From assembly GCF_009914755.1 (NCBI RefSeq), contig NC_060941.1: a stretch of DNA of 64,000 nt; one strand, given 5' to 3'. Origin of the DNA: the human T2T-CHM13v2.0 reference genome, Homo sapiens. The notes under the pieces were generated by a model that made no database searches, was not told the DNA's origin, and saw nothing but the letters and a program-made list of their open reading frames with translations. A program made the position numbers and the translations under genes. Positions 52,350 to 64,000 of the stretch are shown here, one piece after another; positions within the stretch are counted from its first letter, which is position 1; every line of letters begins with the position of its first letter.

Positions 52350-53220
52350 GACAGCAAGAAAACAAACCATTAAACACCAGGGACAGCAACTCAGCCATTC
52401 CGCTTCTGGGCCTCTACCCAAAAGCATCAAAACAGGTGTTCAGACAAAGCTTGTACATGAATGCTGATAACAATGCTGTTCACAGTAGCCAAGAGGTGGA
52501 AACAGTCCTGAGTCCACCCACAGATGAATGAACACACCAAGTGTGTCCACACAATGGAATGTCTTTCATCCATGACATGAAGAGGGTGGCATTCCGGCAC
52601 TGGTACAACATGCACAGACTTTGAGGGCACAGAAGGACAAATGCTTAGGGTTCCATTCATATGAAATGCCCAGAACTGGCAAACCCATACAGACAGAAAG
52701 CAGCTCAGAGGCTTCCAGGGGCTCGGGGGAGGGCACACGGGGAGTGAGTGTGCCGCATTTTCACGGGATCTTCTTTTGGAGCCATGGAAACGTTTTGGAA
52801 CTAGAGAGTTGTGATGACGGCAAAACATCGTGAGCAGAATGCCACTTAATTTGTACACTTTAAGAAGTGCAATTTCTGGCTGGGCGCGGTGGCTCACGCC
52901 TGTAATCCCAGCACTTTGGGAGGCCAAGGCAGGTGGATCACCTGAGGTCAGGAGTTCAAGACTAGCCTGGGCAACATGGTGAAACCCTGTCTCTACTAAA
53001 AATACAAAGATTAGCCGGGGGTGGTGGAGCTTGCCTGTAATCCCAGCTACTCGGGAGGCTGAGGCAGGAGAATCGCTTGATCCCAGGAGGCAGAAGTTGC
53101 AGAGCTGAGACTGCGCCACTGCACTCCAGCTTGCTCAACAGAGCAAGACTCTGTCTCAAAAAAAAAAAAAAAAAAAAAGAAGGGCCATTTTACCTTATGT
53201 GAATTTTACCTCAATAAAAA
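52350..53220 (+). mobile_element. Old L1M 3' fragment interrupted by an Alu
   Basis: ttgtacatgaatg..atagcc-like motifs, ttccattcatatgaaatgcccagaa, ttttggaactaga. Confidence 0.7.
52878..53178 (+). mobile_element. AluSx-like
   Basis: Full-length ggctgggcgcggtggctcacgcc...gatcacctgaggtcaggag..., with poly(A). Confidence 0.95.
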
Positions 53221-53769
53221 CGGGGGAATCCCCAACCAGGGACACAGGAGAAACAGTAGCCCACGCAGAGACAAGGCTGAGAGGCGGGGCTCTGGATCCG
53301 GACCTGCTGGGGAGGAGAAGGACACCCACGCCGCCGGGGCTGCTGTGAGGGAGGAGCGCTGAGCACGGGGGTCCAGAAGCAGAGCAAGTGAAACATTTGC
53401 TGCGTTCATTACCATCCCCAGACCATGCTTCTGCAGGGCGGCCCATGCAGCTCAGGCTGGCTGCCCTGCCAGGGGAGGTGCCCGGCCAACCCAGGCCACG
53501 CCTGTGGCCACAGCCCCAGCAGTGGCCAAGAGCAGAGCCAGAGTGGGGAGTCAGGTGGGGTTGGCCCTCCCTCCCTGGCTAGTTCATGTCTCCTCCCTGG
53601 TCCTCACCTACCTCTGGGAAGGGGATAGAGACCAGTCCTCTAGGAAGCTTCCAGCACCAGAATCTTTCTGCACCTGGAGTCCTGGGGAAGACAATCAATC
53701 AATCAATCTATGGATCTACCCACAGGACCAATGGAGAGGGAGGCAGAATGGTGCATTGGGTAAGCAGTG

Positions 53770-53990
53770 GTGATTAAGCTGACAGACAGGGGTTCAAATC
53801 CCAGCTCCTCCACCTCCCAGCCCCCACCCTCAGGCCCCAGCTGCCCTAGCCAGCCTTTCTGTGCCTCAGTTTACCCACCTGTAAAATTCAGGTAGTAATC
53901 GCCACTACCCCATAGGGTATTGTGAAGATGGAATGAGTCTGTGAGAACAACGCCTGGCTCATGGTGTGGGCTCCAGAGGTATGACCACTG
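53770..53990 (+). mobile_element. MIR SINE
   Basis: ggttcaaatcccagctc...ctgtgcctcagtttac..ctgtaaaat...catagggtattgtgaagat. Confidence 0.7.
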
Positions 53991-54214
53991 TTGTGTCTAA
54001 TTCTCACTGTTGAGAATTAGAACAACAAACTGTTATCCAGGTAAGGGGAGAAAGAAGCCCTGCCCAGAATTGGCCAGAACGTGAAGAGTACATGGGCTAA
54101 TGCCACCAGCTCTGCTCCCTCCTAAGAAGCTGTGCTGAGCTCGGTGTCCGGAGTGGAGACCCAGAGGAGAGGCCAGGAGAGAGGCAGCTCGGGAGAGGAC
54201 CGAGGAGGTGCCCC

Positions 54215-54380
54215 CACACTCGCTCGCACACTCACAAACTCACTCACACACACTGAGAGTCACACACTCACACAGAGACACAGAATCACACACAGAGTCA
54301 CACATACTCATAGTTACACAATCACAGTTACACACTTACACACACTCACATTCTCACAAAGAGTCACACACTCACTCGCA
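54215..54380. repeat. Degenerate (CA)n/(CACT)n tract
   Basis: Directly visible. Confidence 0.85.
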
Positions 54381-54999
54381 CCTGCTGAGGAAGAGTGCTG
54401 AGTGGTCGGGGTGCGCTGGCCACGCACAGGGGCAGCCTCGGCCCCAGCAGCCACACTTGATGAATTTTGCATCACCTTGGCTATGAATAGCTTCCTCCTT
54501 GGCAGCGAGACAGACAGTTCAAAGGGAGGAAAAGGGCCCGAGGAGGGAGAGGGAGGGCAGCATGCACCCCGAATCCCTAACTCAGCTCGGGAGGACAGCA
54601 GGGCGAGGCGAGGACGCAGAGGGTGGGCAGGGCCTCCCACTCCCACAGGGCTGCGTGCATTTCCAGAGGCGGCAGGTGAGGCTGCAAGGGGCCTCCCGCA
54701 GGGCCCTGGCAGCCCCGTTATGCTTCCAAGATCAGGCCCAGAAGGATGCAGCTGAGACAGGAGGGCATCAGGGAGCCCAGGCAGCACGTGGGCCACCTGC
54801 AGACCCCCATTCCCCAAGACTGGGGCTTCAAGGCCATTTCTTAGATGGGCACCCTGAGGCCTGGGAAGATCATTGTCCCATCAGAGACTGCACACAGCAG
54901 CCTGGGCCTGGGGTGAATGCTGAAGGACCAGGTGAGCCGACAGGCAGGGCCACAGGGGGGTCTGGGGGCATGGCTAAGCTGAGGGTGGCAAGGGGACCT

Positions 55000-57020
55000 C
55001 TGCAGCCTCTGGCTGGGGAACCTGGCTTCCAACCCCAGCTCTACCCCTTCCCATCTGAGCGGCCCTGGGCAAGACACTTCACCTCTCTGTGCCTGTTTCC
55101 CCAGTAATTAACTCATAATAATGAAAGTACCCCACTTACTAGGTGGTGGTCAAGATGCAGCCTCTGGGTCCCTGTGGCTCACCAGCTGTGGAACTTTGCC
55201 TCTCAGCTCAGTTTTGCCATCTGCAGAATGGGCTGCTGCTGTTCCCTGCCCTGTCAGTTAGGCATAAAGCATTGAGAACGAGCCCTGCACAGCATGAGGA
55301 CCACACGAGATTTGTCAGCACTGCCAGCTTCTTGGCCAGTGACACCCATAAACAGAGAGTCCCTTCTGGGCAGGCCCTCCCTGCCACCAAGGGGGCATCC
55401 CCAAGGGTTCGAGCCACATGCCTCATCCTGCCAGGCTGGCCAGCCTTGGCTGAGGCCCACGCAATGAGCAACCAGGCCAGGGAGCTCAGTGAGGGGACAC
55501 CAGGTTGGTGTGTGGGTAGACGCCGAGCAGTCAGTCATGTAAGCCTGGCTGTCCTCTCTGCCGGACTTGGGTGAGCGGGTCCTACCTCAAGGCTATCTCT
55601 TGTAAACTGTGGGGATGTCCCAGCTGCCCACTGCCTCGCCAGAGACCCAGTGCCGGCACTACAGCCCCAGGGCCCCAGCAGAGTGGTGACAGCGGCTGCA
55701 CCAGGCACCTACTGCATGCAGGCTGTCTCCTAAGTGCTTTGTGTGCATTAACAATTAATCTTCAAACCCATTATCTGGGGCAGGTGCCGTTAGCATCTCT
55801 ACTTTACAGACAGAGAAACAGAGGCCCAGGGAGCTAAGGGAACATGCACGGGACGTGGGACCCCACCTTCATTCCTCTGTCCTCGGTGGCACCTGGCATT
55901 TCTGATCCTGGCTCTTCTATTCCAGTGCTGGGGCATCAGGGTGGGCCCTTTCCTCTCTCTGGCCTTGGTTTCCCTAGCAGTGAAGGGTCCAGGTGCATAG
56001 AGTCTAATCCCTGGCCCTTCTACTTGCTGGCCTAGAAAGTGAGTCTTTCACCCTCTCTGTGCTTCTGTTTTCTCCCCTGTAAAATGGAAATGGGAACGGC
56101 CCCTGCCTCCCAGGAGTAAGCTCCTAGGGCAGTGCCTGGCACTTAGTAAGTGCTCAGGAAGTGGCAGCCACGCTGTTATTATTGCTATTGCTGTTGCTGC
56201 TGTAAAGTGAGTACTCCCTAAGACCCCTGACCAGAGGATGGGGGTGTCCAAACATCCAGGTTCCCAGAGAGGCCCAGGAGGTGGCCTGTGCCCAGAGCCC
56301 AAGGCAGCTGCAGGAGCTCACGGCCTCCCGGAGTGGAGAGAGCTGCATCCCGGTCAGCCACCCTCTGTTCCTCCCCACAGCCTTCCACCTGCCAGGCCTA
56401 CCTCCATGGCGTCTCTGCTCTTCCCTCTGGCCACATCAGAAGGGACCACAAGGAAGCAAAGATTCAGAGAGTGAACTTTCCCACAGGGACCATCCCAAAG
56501 ATGCCCACACTGGCCTCTTGCAGCCCCGCTCTCCCGGCAGGGCCTGGAGCCCAGAGGGTTCCCTGCCCAGCAGCTAAGAACGAGGACTCTTCAGAGTCCC
56601 AACTGCTGTGACCCATTCCTGGCTCTGCTGCCTACCTGCTGTGTGACCTTGGGCAGGTTGCTTTGCCTCTCTGTGCCCCCGTTTCCCCATCTCCAAGACA
56701 GTAGATGATAGCAGCCCTAGGTGTGGTGGTTGTGGAGATTCAGGGCCATGACATAGACAAAGCAGTTAGCCTGGTACCCACTGGGCTCCTGAGCCTGGTA
56801 CCCACTGGCTCCTGAGGCTGCCAACTTGCTGAAGACAGCAGGGCTGCTGGCATCAGACATTCCCAGGGCTACATCTTTACTCATTGTGTGAATCTGGGCA
56901 ATCCACTTCACCTTTCTATGCCTTGATTTCCTCATCTGCGAAACAGGCTTAATAACACCTATTTGGGGACATGATGAGGATTCAAAGAGGCAAGGCCAGG
57001 ACAGTGCCTGGCAAACGTTG
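55000..57020. mobile_element. Cluster of MIR fragments (~55020, 55700, 56030, 56610, 56880)
   Basis: Repeated MIR core motifs, e.g. ctgtgtgaccttgggcaggttg..cctctctgtgcc at ~56640. Confidence 0.65.
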
Positions 57021-57699
57021 CTGTCCCTGTGACTGCTGCTGCTGCCATTGTCACTCCTGCCATCCAGAAGACACCCACAGTGTCTGTGGCTTCCTCTGGG
57101 GCAGGCCCCACCCTGGAAGACATTGGAGGCTTCCTCTCCAGGTGACAAGGAAAAGCTGAAGGCTGCATCTCCTTTGTTTTCTTCCCAGCAAGACTGACAT
57201 GCGACAAACACATCAGAAGGGAAAGAAAGGTCGTGAGCCCTGGGCGGCAAAGCCAGGGCAGAGCAGGGGCTAGGGAACAAGTGGTTCCCACAAAGTAGTT
57301 CCTGACTCTGGATCCCAGAATGTATCCCCTGGAAACCCTTTAGGCATTTGTGTTTGGTCCAGCCTCTGTGCCCAAGCCTCAGCCACCTGCCTCCCCAAGC
57401 TCACCTGCACACACACACCTCCGTGTTGGGGCCTGAGCCTCATTGGCTCACCTGGGAGTGTCTCACTTACTGAATCCATCAGGGTCAAAGCCAGTTGGCT
57501 CAAGACAGATGCCAAAGGCCAGGTATACTTGGATCCCAATCTGAGAGCTTGTTAGGCTGCATAACCTCACCAACTCTGAGCCTTAGCAAACAACACAAAG
57601 CTGACAAGACCATCATGAACACCACTGGGAAAGAATCAGTGCAGAATCAAGGGTAGCTCCAGTCCCCTGCAGCCACAAGACACATGACAACCCCTTTAG

Positions 57700-58039
<340 letters not shown>

Positions 58040-58269
58040 GACCCTTTTGTCTGTTAAGCCAAACTTTCCATTGGCTTCTAGTACCTTGTATGTGCTCCTG
58101 TCTGACTGTGTCTGCCTCCTCCATTAGAGCTCCTGGGAAGGAGACACCAAGTGAGATTTCTCCCTGTGGTCCCAGCACTACCCAGCATAAGGCCTGCAAA
58201 TCGGGGCCAGGGGAGGGGGCGGTGCTCAGAAAACGTTATTGATATAACTCAAGATTGATTTCACTACAT

Positions 58270-58661
58270 CTAAATTGCAAATACGGCTGCAAGTTATTTG
58301 CAGCAACTTCCATGAAGAAAGGACTCTGTCTCCCCTCCCTCAAGTCATGTGATTGCCATGCCAGTAGAAGGCAGAGCAATGCTGTGCCAGTTCTGAGACT
58401 AGGTGTCAAGGGGCCTTGCCCCTTCCACTCTTGTGCTGGGGACTCCTCTGCCACCAGTGACCCAGCCAGGGCTAGCCCACTGGGGAGTGAGAGGCCCCCT
58501 AAAGCACCAGGCCCACATGTCCCAGCTGAGGCCACAGACAGTGACCAAGTGGCTGAGAGCAGCTGAGCCCAACAAAGAACCGTGAGCTAATTAAAATTGT
58601 TGTTGTTTTCTACCCCTGAGTTTAGGAGATGTTTGTTATGGCACAATACCTAACTGATACA
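58270..58661 (+). mobile_element. MaLR LTR (old MLT1)
   Basis: tgtgccagttctgag.ctagg..tcaag...gtttgttatggcacaata.ctaactgataca. Confidence 0.7.
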
Positions 58662-58669
58662 CACCATAA

Positions 58670-59379
<710 letters not shown>

Positions 59380-60579
59380 GCGCAACCCCAGAGGATGGGT
59401 AGCTGTGACCGTTTCTGCCAGCACTCTTGGTTGCATCATTAAAAGCATCATTAATAAAGAGGTATTGTTGCAGATAAAGCTCAGACCATGGGTACCTTTT
59501 AATTGCTGCTGACATTTTTGCCCTGGCTGTTCGTTGATCCAGCTGGCAGCCTGGCCCCCACCAGAAAGTGTAAAAGGGCCAGCCAGCGTCAGCCTCTTCC
59601 CCGAGATGGAGCCACAGGGAGGGAGGCTTCTCCTTTGCCCAGGAAGCCAGCTGTGCCCTGGATGGTTTCAGAGGGGAGGGAGCAGAGGGGAGGTCAGAGC
59701 TAGCTTGGCTTCCCCTGTGCACCCTGCAGCCCCAGCCACACCAGGCTCGGCATTTTCCACTCATGCCTCTACAACTGCTATTCTTTCTGCCTGGTGCACC
59801 ATTCCCTCTTTCCTTGCTAGACCAGGTCCAACTCATATGCAGCCTCAAGGCCCCTCCAAGTTAATTGCTTTGTTGTCCCCACTGTCTGTCCCCTAGTTCC
59901 AGAAAAAACCCACCTCCTCTGCAAGGCTTCCCAAACCACTCAGCCCAAGACTGAAAGCTCCCCATTTCTCTCCACGAGTGCCCCTTGACTGTCATTGTGG
60001 CTGCTTGTTTCTTTGATGTCTGTTGGCTCCACCAGACTGAGTTTGGTGAGGGCGGGCTGTGGGCACGGTGGCATCTACAGAGCAGAGTCCGCCCACCAAG
60101 GGGCTCTGTGGACACGGGTGGGATGAGTGCGTGAGTAAATGAATAAACAGTCGAACAAGCGAACTCACTCACTTACCCTCCTGAGGCTCACAAGCAGGAG
60201 TGGAGGCAGAAATCAGTAGATAAGCGACGAGGGGCCTGGGGCCCCCACAGCCAGTGGGACCCAGAATCCCAGGAGCATGGAAGCCAATGACCCAGCCGTG
60301 GCACCAGAGGCCAGCCTTGCTGGAAGAGGGCTCCTGGGCTCAGATCTGTGCTCCCTGCCAGCCCCATGTGTGAGCCTCGCACTGGTTACTTTCCTCTCTG
60401 TGCCTTGGTTTCCCAACCACAAGGTGAAGGCGATGGTAGCTGCTTAGGCAATAATTGTGGAGCTCATTGTGGGTTGGTATAGAAAGTTGGTGGACCGGAG
60501 CTGGCTGTGCCAATGTTGGTCATTGTTTTTGAGTATTTGCCATGAGCAGATGCTGGGCTTACACCGGCCCCAGGAGACA

Positions 60580-60710
60580 GTGCTAGGATGCCCATTTTGT
60601 AGGTGAGAAAACTGAGGCACAGAGAAGTAAAGTAACTGGCCCAAGGTTACACAGCTGGTAAGAGGCAGAGCCAGGGTTCGAACTGAACCCTCTCTTCACA
60701 GCCCAGATGC
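60580..60710 (-). mobile_element. MIR SINE
   Basis: cccattttgtaggtgagaaaactgaggcacagagaagtaaagtaactggcccaaggttacacagc. Confidence 0.8.
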
Positions 60711-61484
60711 TGGAGGGAGAGACAGGAGGGGCATTGGCAGGAGGGGTACTGGCTTCCTGCCCATTGCCCCTCTGCCCCTCCCATACGAACCATCAGTGAC
60801 AAGGGGGATGGTGGGCAGGAGGCCTGCTCAACTGGGATGCTGAACACTGCTGCCCAGCAGCCCAGCCATTCATCTTCACTGACCACACAGATGCCAGAGC
60901 CAGCCTCTTAGCTCACAGCCAGCAAGGTTAAAAATACACCCAAACCATGTTTCCATTGACTTGGCCCTGAGTTACGGCCTAGGGCCTGTGGCTGCCTCCA
61001 GCTCAGACTCCGGAGGCTGTGCGTGCCAGGCTGGCCGGGGCCACCTCCCAGCCAGAGGGACCAGCTCACCTTCTTCGCCTATGAAAGGGGCTGACCCACC
61101 CCTCCCTGCAGGCTCATGGGAGCATTTCCCAGACACCAGGCCTGCAAGAGGCTCCTCCAGCCCTGACCCTGTGGCCAGCAGGGAGCTGGCCAGGCCGAGT
61201 GTGATTCAGGAGAGGAAGAACGGACTTTGGAATTTGCTGTCGTGTCAGTTCCTCCTCCTCAGCTGGGAAGACCTAAAGAGGGGCCCGAATGCGGAGACAA
61301 AATCAGAGCCAGAGGGGGCCAGGAGACCCTGGAGAGGGTGCCGAGCTTTCTGCAGCCCTCAGGGTGGGACTGAAGAGCCCGCGTGCTGGTGGGTGCATGG
61401 GGTGAGTTCTCTCCCATTCCCCCTCCTGGTGAAGAAAGCGGAGGTGCTGCGGTCACCCAGGCCTCCTCTAATGCCTCTCCCCCT

Positions 61485-61485
<1 letters not shown>

Positions 61486-61540
<55 letters not shown>
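61486..61540. repeat. Perfect (CA)27 microsatellite
   Basis: Directly visible. Confidence 0.97.
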
Positions 61541-61542
<2 letters not shown>

Positions 61543-61759
61543 GTTCCTTATCTACTTGCAGGTGCTGCCCTGGGCTGATGCCTGTGTCACCTCCTCAACT
61601 GACATCTCCTTTCTCCCCATTAACAGAAGCCAGACCTCATCCAGCCAGGGGCCAATGGCGCAACCTCCAGCACTGGGCTGTCCTCTTCAGCAGCCTCTTA
61701 CCACACATTCACACTTAAACAAATGGAAATGACCTTTAGTAAGAATTCCACTCCTCCAT

Positions 61760-61877
61760 CAAATGAGCCACATTCTGGGTGCTCAATGGCCACCTGTGGC
61801 TGGTGGCTGTCATTTGGACAGCACAGATCTGGAACATTCCCATCAACACAGAGAGTTCTGTTGCACAGCTCAGCTCT
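61760..61877. mobile_element. MER3-like hAT fragment
   Basis: gtgctcaatggccacctgtggctggtggct..ttggacagcacagat..gaacatt.ccatca..cagagagttct. Confidence 0.65.
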
Positions 61878-61879
61878 GG

Positions 61880-62310
61880 AGGATGAATCCTGACTGGGCC
61901 AAACCAGTCAGGGAATCCCACTCCCCATGGCAATTCGGGGGTCTGTGGCTGCCTCCTGATGTACTTCTGAACAACAATGAAACATAAGGGAAGGCTGGGA
62001 GAGATGGACCTCCTGGTATAAAGAGATAGACGTGAGAGGAGCAGACTCTTAACACATTGGCTGGCCCCCTTGCCTCCAGCCTTCGAAGGCTGTGAGATGA
62101 TGCAATGACTGGAGCTGAGGCAGCCATCTTGCAACTATGAGGCAAAAAGCCTAAGAACAAAAACCAACACACACAGGATGGAAGGAACCTGGAGCTCCAC
62201 CAAGCTATGGAACTAACTGCCTCTGCAGTTTTCTTTCTATGAATCCAATGTCTTTATTACTCAGCCACTGTAGTTGAGGAATTCTGTCACCTGCTGCTGA
62301 ATACTCTCTG
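61880..62310 (+). mobile_element. Old MLT1 (J/K-like) LTR
   Basis: tgactggagctgaggcagccatcttgcaactatgagg..ggaaggaacctgg. Confidence 0.6.
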
Positions 62311-62819
62311 ATAAAACTACAAACCAATACCCACATTTGGCTCTTAGGCCTATAGGTGAACTTTTCCCTCTTAGTGAAATTCTCCCCTTCTCATTTCTGT
62401 TCAGTCTATCCATGTGTTAGGGCCCAGATCAAAGGCTGCCTCCCCCAGGAAGCCTTCCTTGAACATCTCCCACAAATCTGGAAGCGATCACTCCCTCCTC
62501 TGCCTTAGAATTGGTCTCTGTCTTCCAACCCGCAGCACCAGTGAGGGCAGGGTTTACACCTGTCTTCACGGAGAGTGCCCCAGGCCCTTAGAAACATGCA
62601 CACCAAGTAACAGGGGCTCAATTGATATTTGGTGAATAAAAGAATAGCTTTATTTCAGCCTCCTCACCATGCCCTGTACAATAGGGTTTATACAAAAGCT
62701 TGTGAAATGGAGCAAGTTTCTCATGGCTCTCAGAAGTGGGGAAATCAAAGTAGACCACCTGCCGAGACCTCACACCACACACCCATGTACCTTTCTGGAC
62801 AATTGAGGAGTCAAATGGA

Positions 62820-63270
62820 GATGCAAGGAGGAAAATTTTAATTCTATGCAAAGCCCATTGACAGATGAATGAATAAGATGTGGTTGATACCCACGGTGGA
62901 ATAAGATTCAGCCTTAAAAAGGAAGAACACTCTGATATGTGCTGCCATATGGTGAACCTTGAGGACATTACGCTAAGGCATGAAAGGACAAACATGACTC
63001 CACCTATATGAGGTCCTCAACTTGTCAAATTCAGAGAGACAGAGAGTAGAATGGTGGTTGCCCGGGGATGGGGGAGAGATGAGAAGTTGTTTAATGAGGA
63101 CAGAGTTTCAGTTTTGCAAGATGGAAAGAATTCTGGAGATGGATGGTGGTGATGACTGCACGCACAACAATGTGAACGCACTTAATGCCGCTGAACTGTG
63201 CACTTAAAAATGGTTAAGATGGTAGATTTTATATTATGTGTATCTTACCACAATTAAAAATTTGCTTAAA
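62820..63270 (+). mobile_element. L1MB-like 3' end
   Basis: gagtttcagttttgcaagatggaaagaattctggagatggatggtggtgatg..tgaactgtgcacttaaaaatggttaagatgg. Confidence 0.85.
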
Positions 63271-63283
63271 TGCTATGTGGAAC

Positions 63284-63905
63284 TGTGATATTGTTAAATA
63301 TACATTTGGTCTTCTTCCCTTTTCCTGGCATCCCTTCAGGCATACAACTCCTGAAATCCTTGGAATCTCCAAAGTGATGTCTTCTTGCATGTGAATGATT
63401 CACTGAGGGCTGGCAGCACCTAAGTAGCTTCAGGATAGGGCTGGTCAGAGGAAAGACCAAGGCAGGATCAGTCCTGGGAAGAGGAGAGAGAACTGACGGT
63501 TAAGTTGATCACCAGTGACATCGCAATCATATCATATTACAATCAATCGTATCTCCATAATGAAGCCTCCGTAACAACATAAAGGGACAGATTCAGGGGG
63601 CTGAACACATGAAGGTTCCTAGAGGGTGGTGCTTCCCAGGGAGGGCATGGAAGTTCCACACCCCTTCCCCATAACTTACCCTATGCATCCCTTCAGCTGT
63701 CTCCTTTGACGTATCTCTTGTGATAAACCAGTAAATATAAGTAAGTGTCTCCCTAAGTTCCGTGAGCCACTCCAGCAAGTTAAACCCAAGGATGTGGCCA
63801 TGGGAACCCCAATTTCAAGCTAGTTGGCCAGAAGCAGAGGTGAAACAACCTGGGGCTTTTGATTGACATTGGAAGTTGGGGAGCAGTCTTGGGGACTGAG
63901 CCCTT
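63284..63905 (+). mobile_element. MER21-like LTR; a second LTR (MER4-group-like) begins at ~63905 and runs off the window
   Basis: tgtgatattg..tggtcttc..aactcctgaaatccttggaatctcc..gtagcttcaggat.gggctggtca..gaaagaccaaggca. Confidence 0.7.
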
Positions 63906-64000
63906 GCTACCACACTGGACTGGGGTCTGCTTGCCAAGTGCAGTAAAGCCAAACATCCACACTGAGGTTTTGCAGCAGGAGAAGAGAGGGCATTTATTTG

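Noticed and set aside
52427-53119. 230-aa ORF
   Set aside because: Antisense Alu plus L1 sequence; a typical Alu-derived spurious peptide.

Overview
Human (or very close great-ape) genomic DNA from the 17p11.2 KCNJ12/KCNJ17/KCNJ18 segmental duplication. The only convincing protein-coding gene is a Kir2-family inward-rectifier K+ channel on the + strand (CDS 13651-14952, 433 aa, all in one exon). Its diagnostic residues L15/A56/V100/H118/L156/G430 match KCNJ18 (Kir2.6, R39-R40-A56-I249 type) rather than KCNJ12, and it carries an extra Q192H change. Upstream are a 122-nt non-coding exon (6847-6968) holding two uORFs and flanked by large (CCAT)n tracts, a probable first exon (~3387-3578) and a DR4 thyroid-response element (3122-3137). 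A poly(A) signal lies at 15655. The remaining ~48 kb is intergenic and full of repeats (Alu/FLAM, MIR, L1, L2, MaLR and ERV1 LTRs, Tigger1, MER1B). It also holds a 3'-truncated processed PDLIM1 pseudogene fused to Tigger1 at an apparent deletion junction. I see no clearly new gene system. The most interesting hypothesis is a regulatory one: a uORF-bearing 5'UTR exon between YCAY-rich tracts. Repeat subfamily names and reference-protein comparisons are from memory, and most repeat boundaries are approximate.
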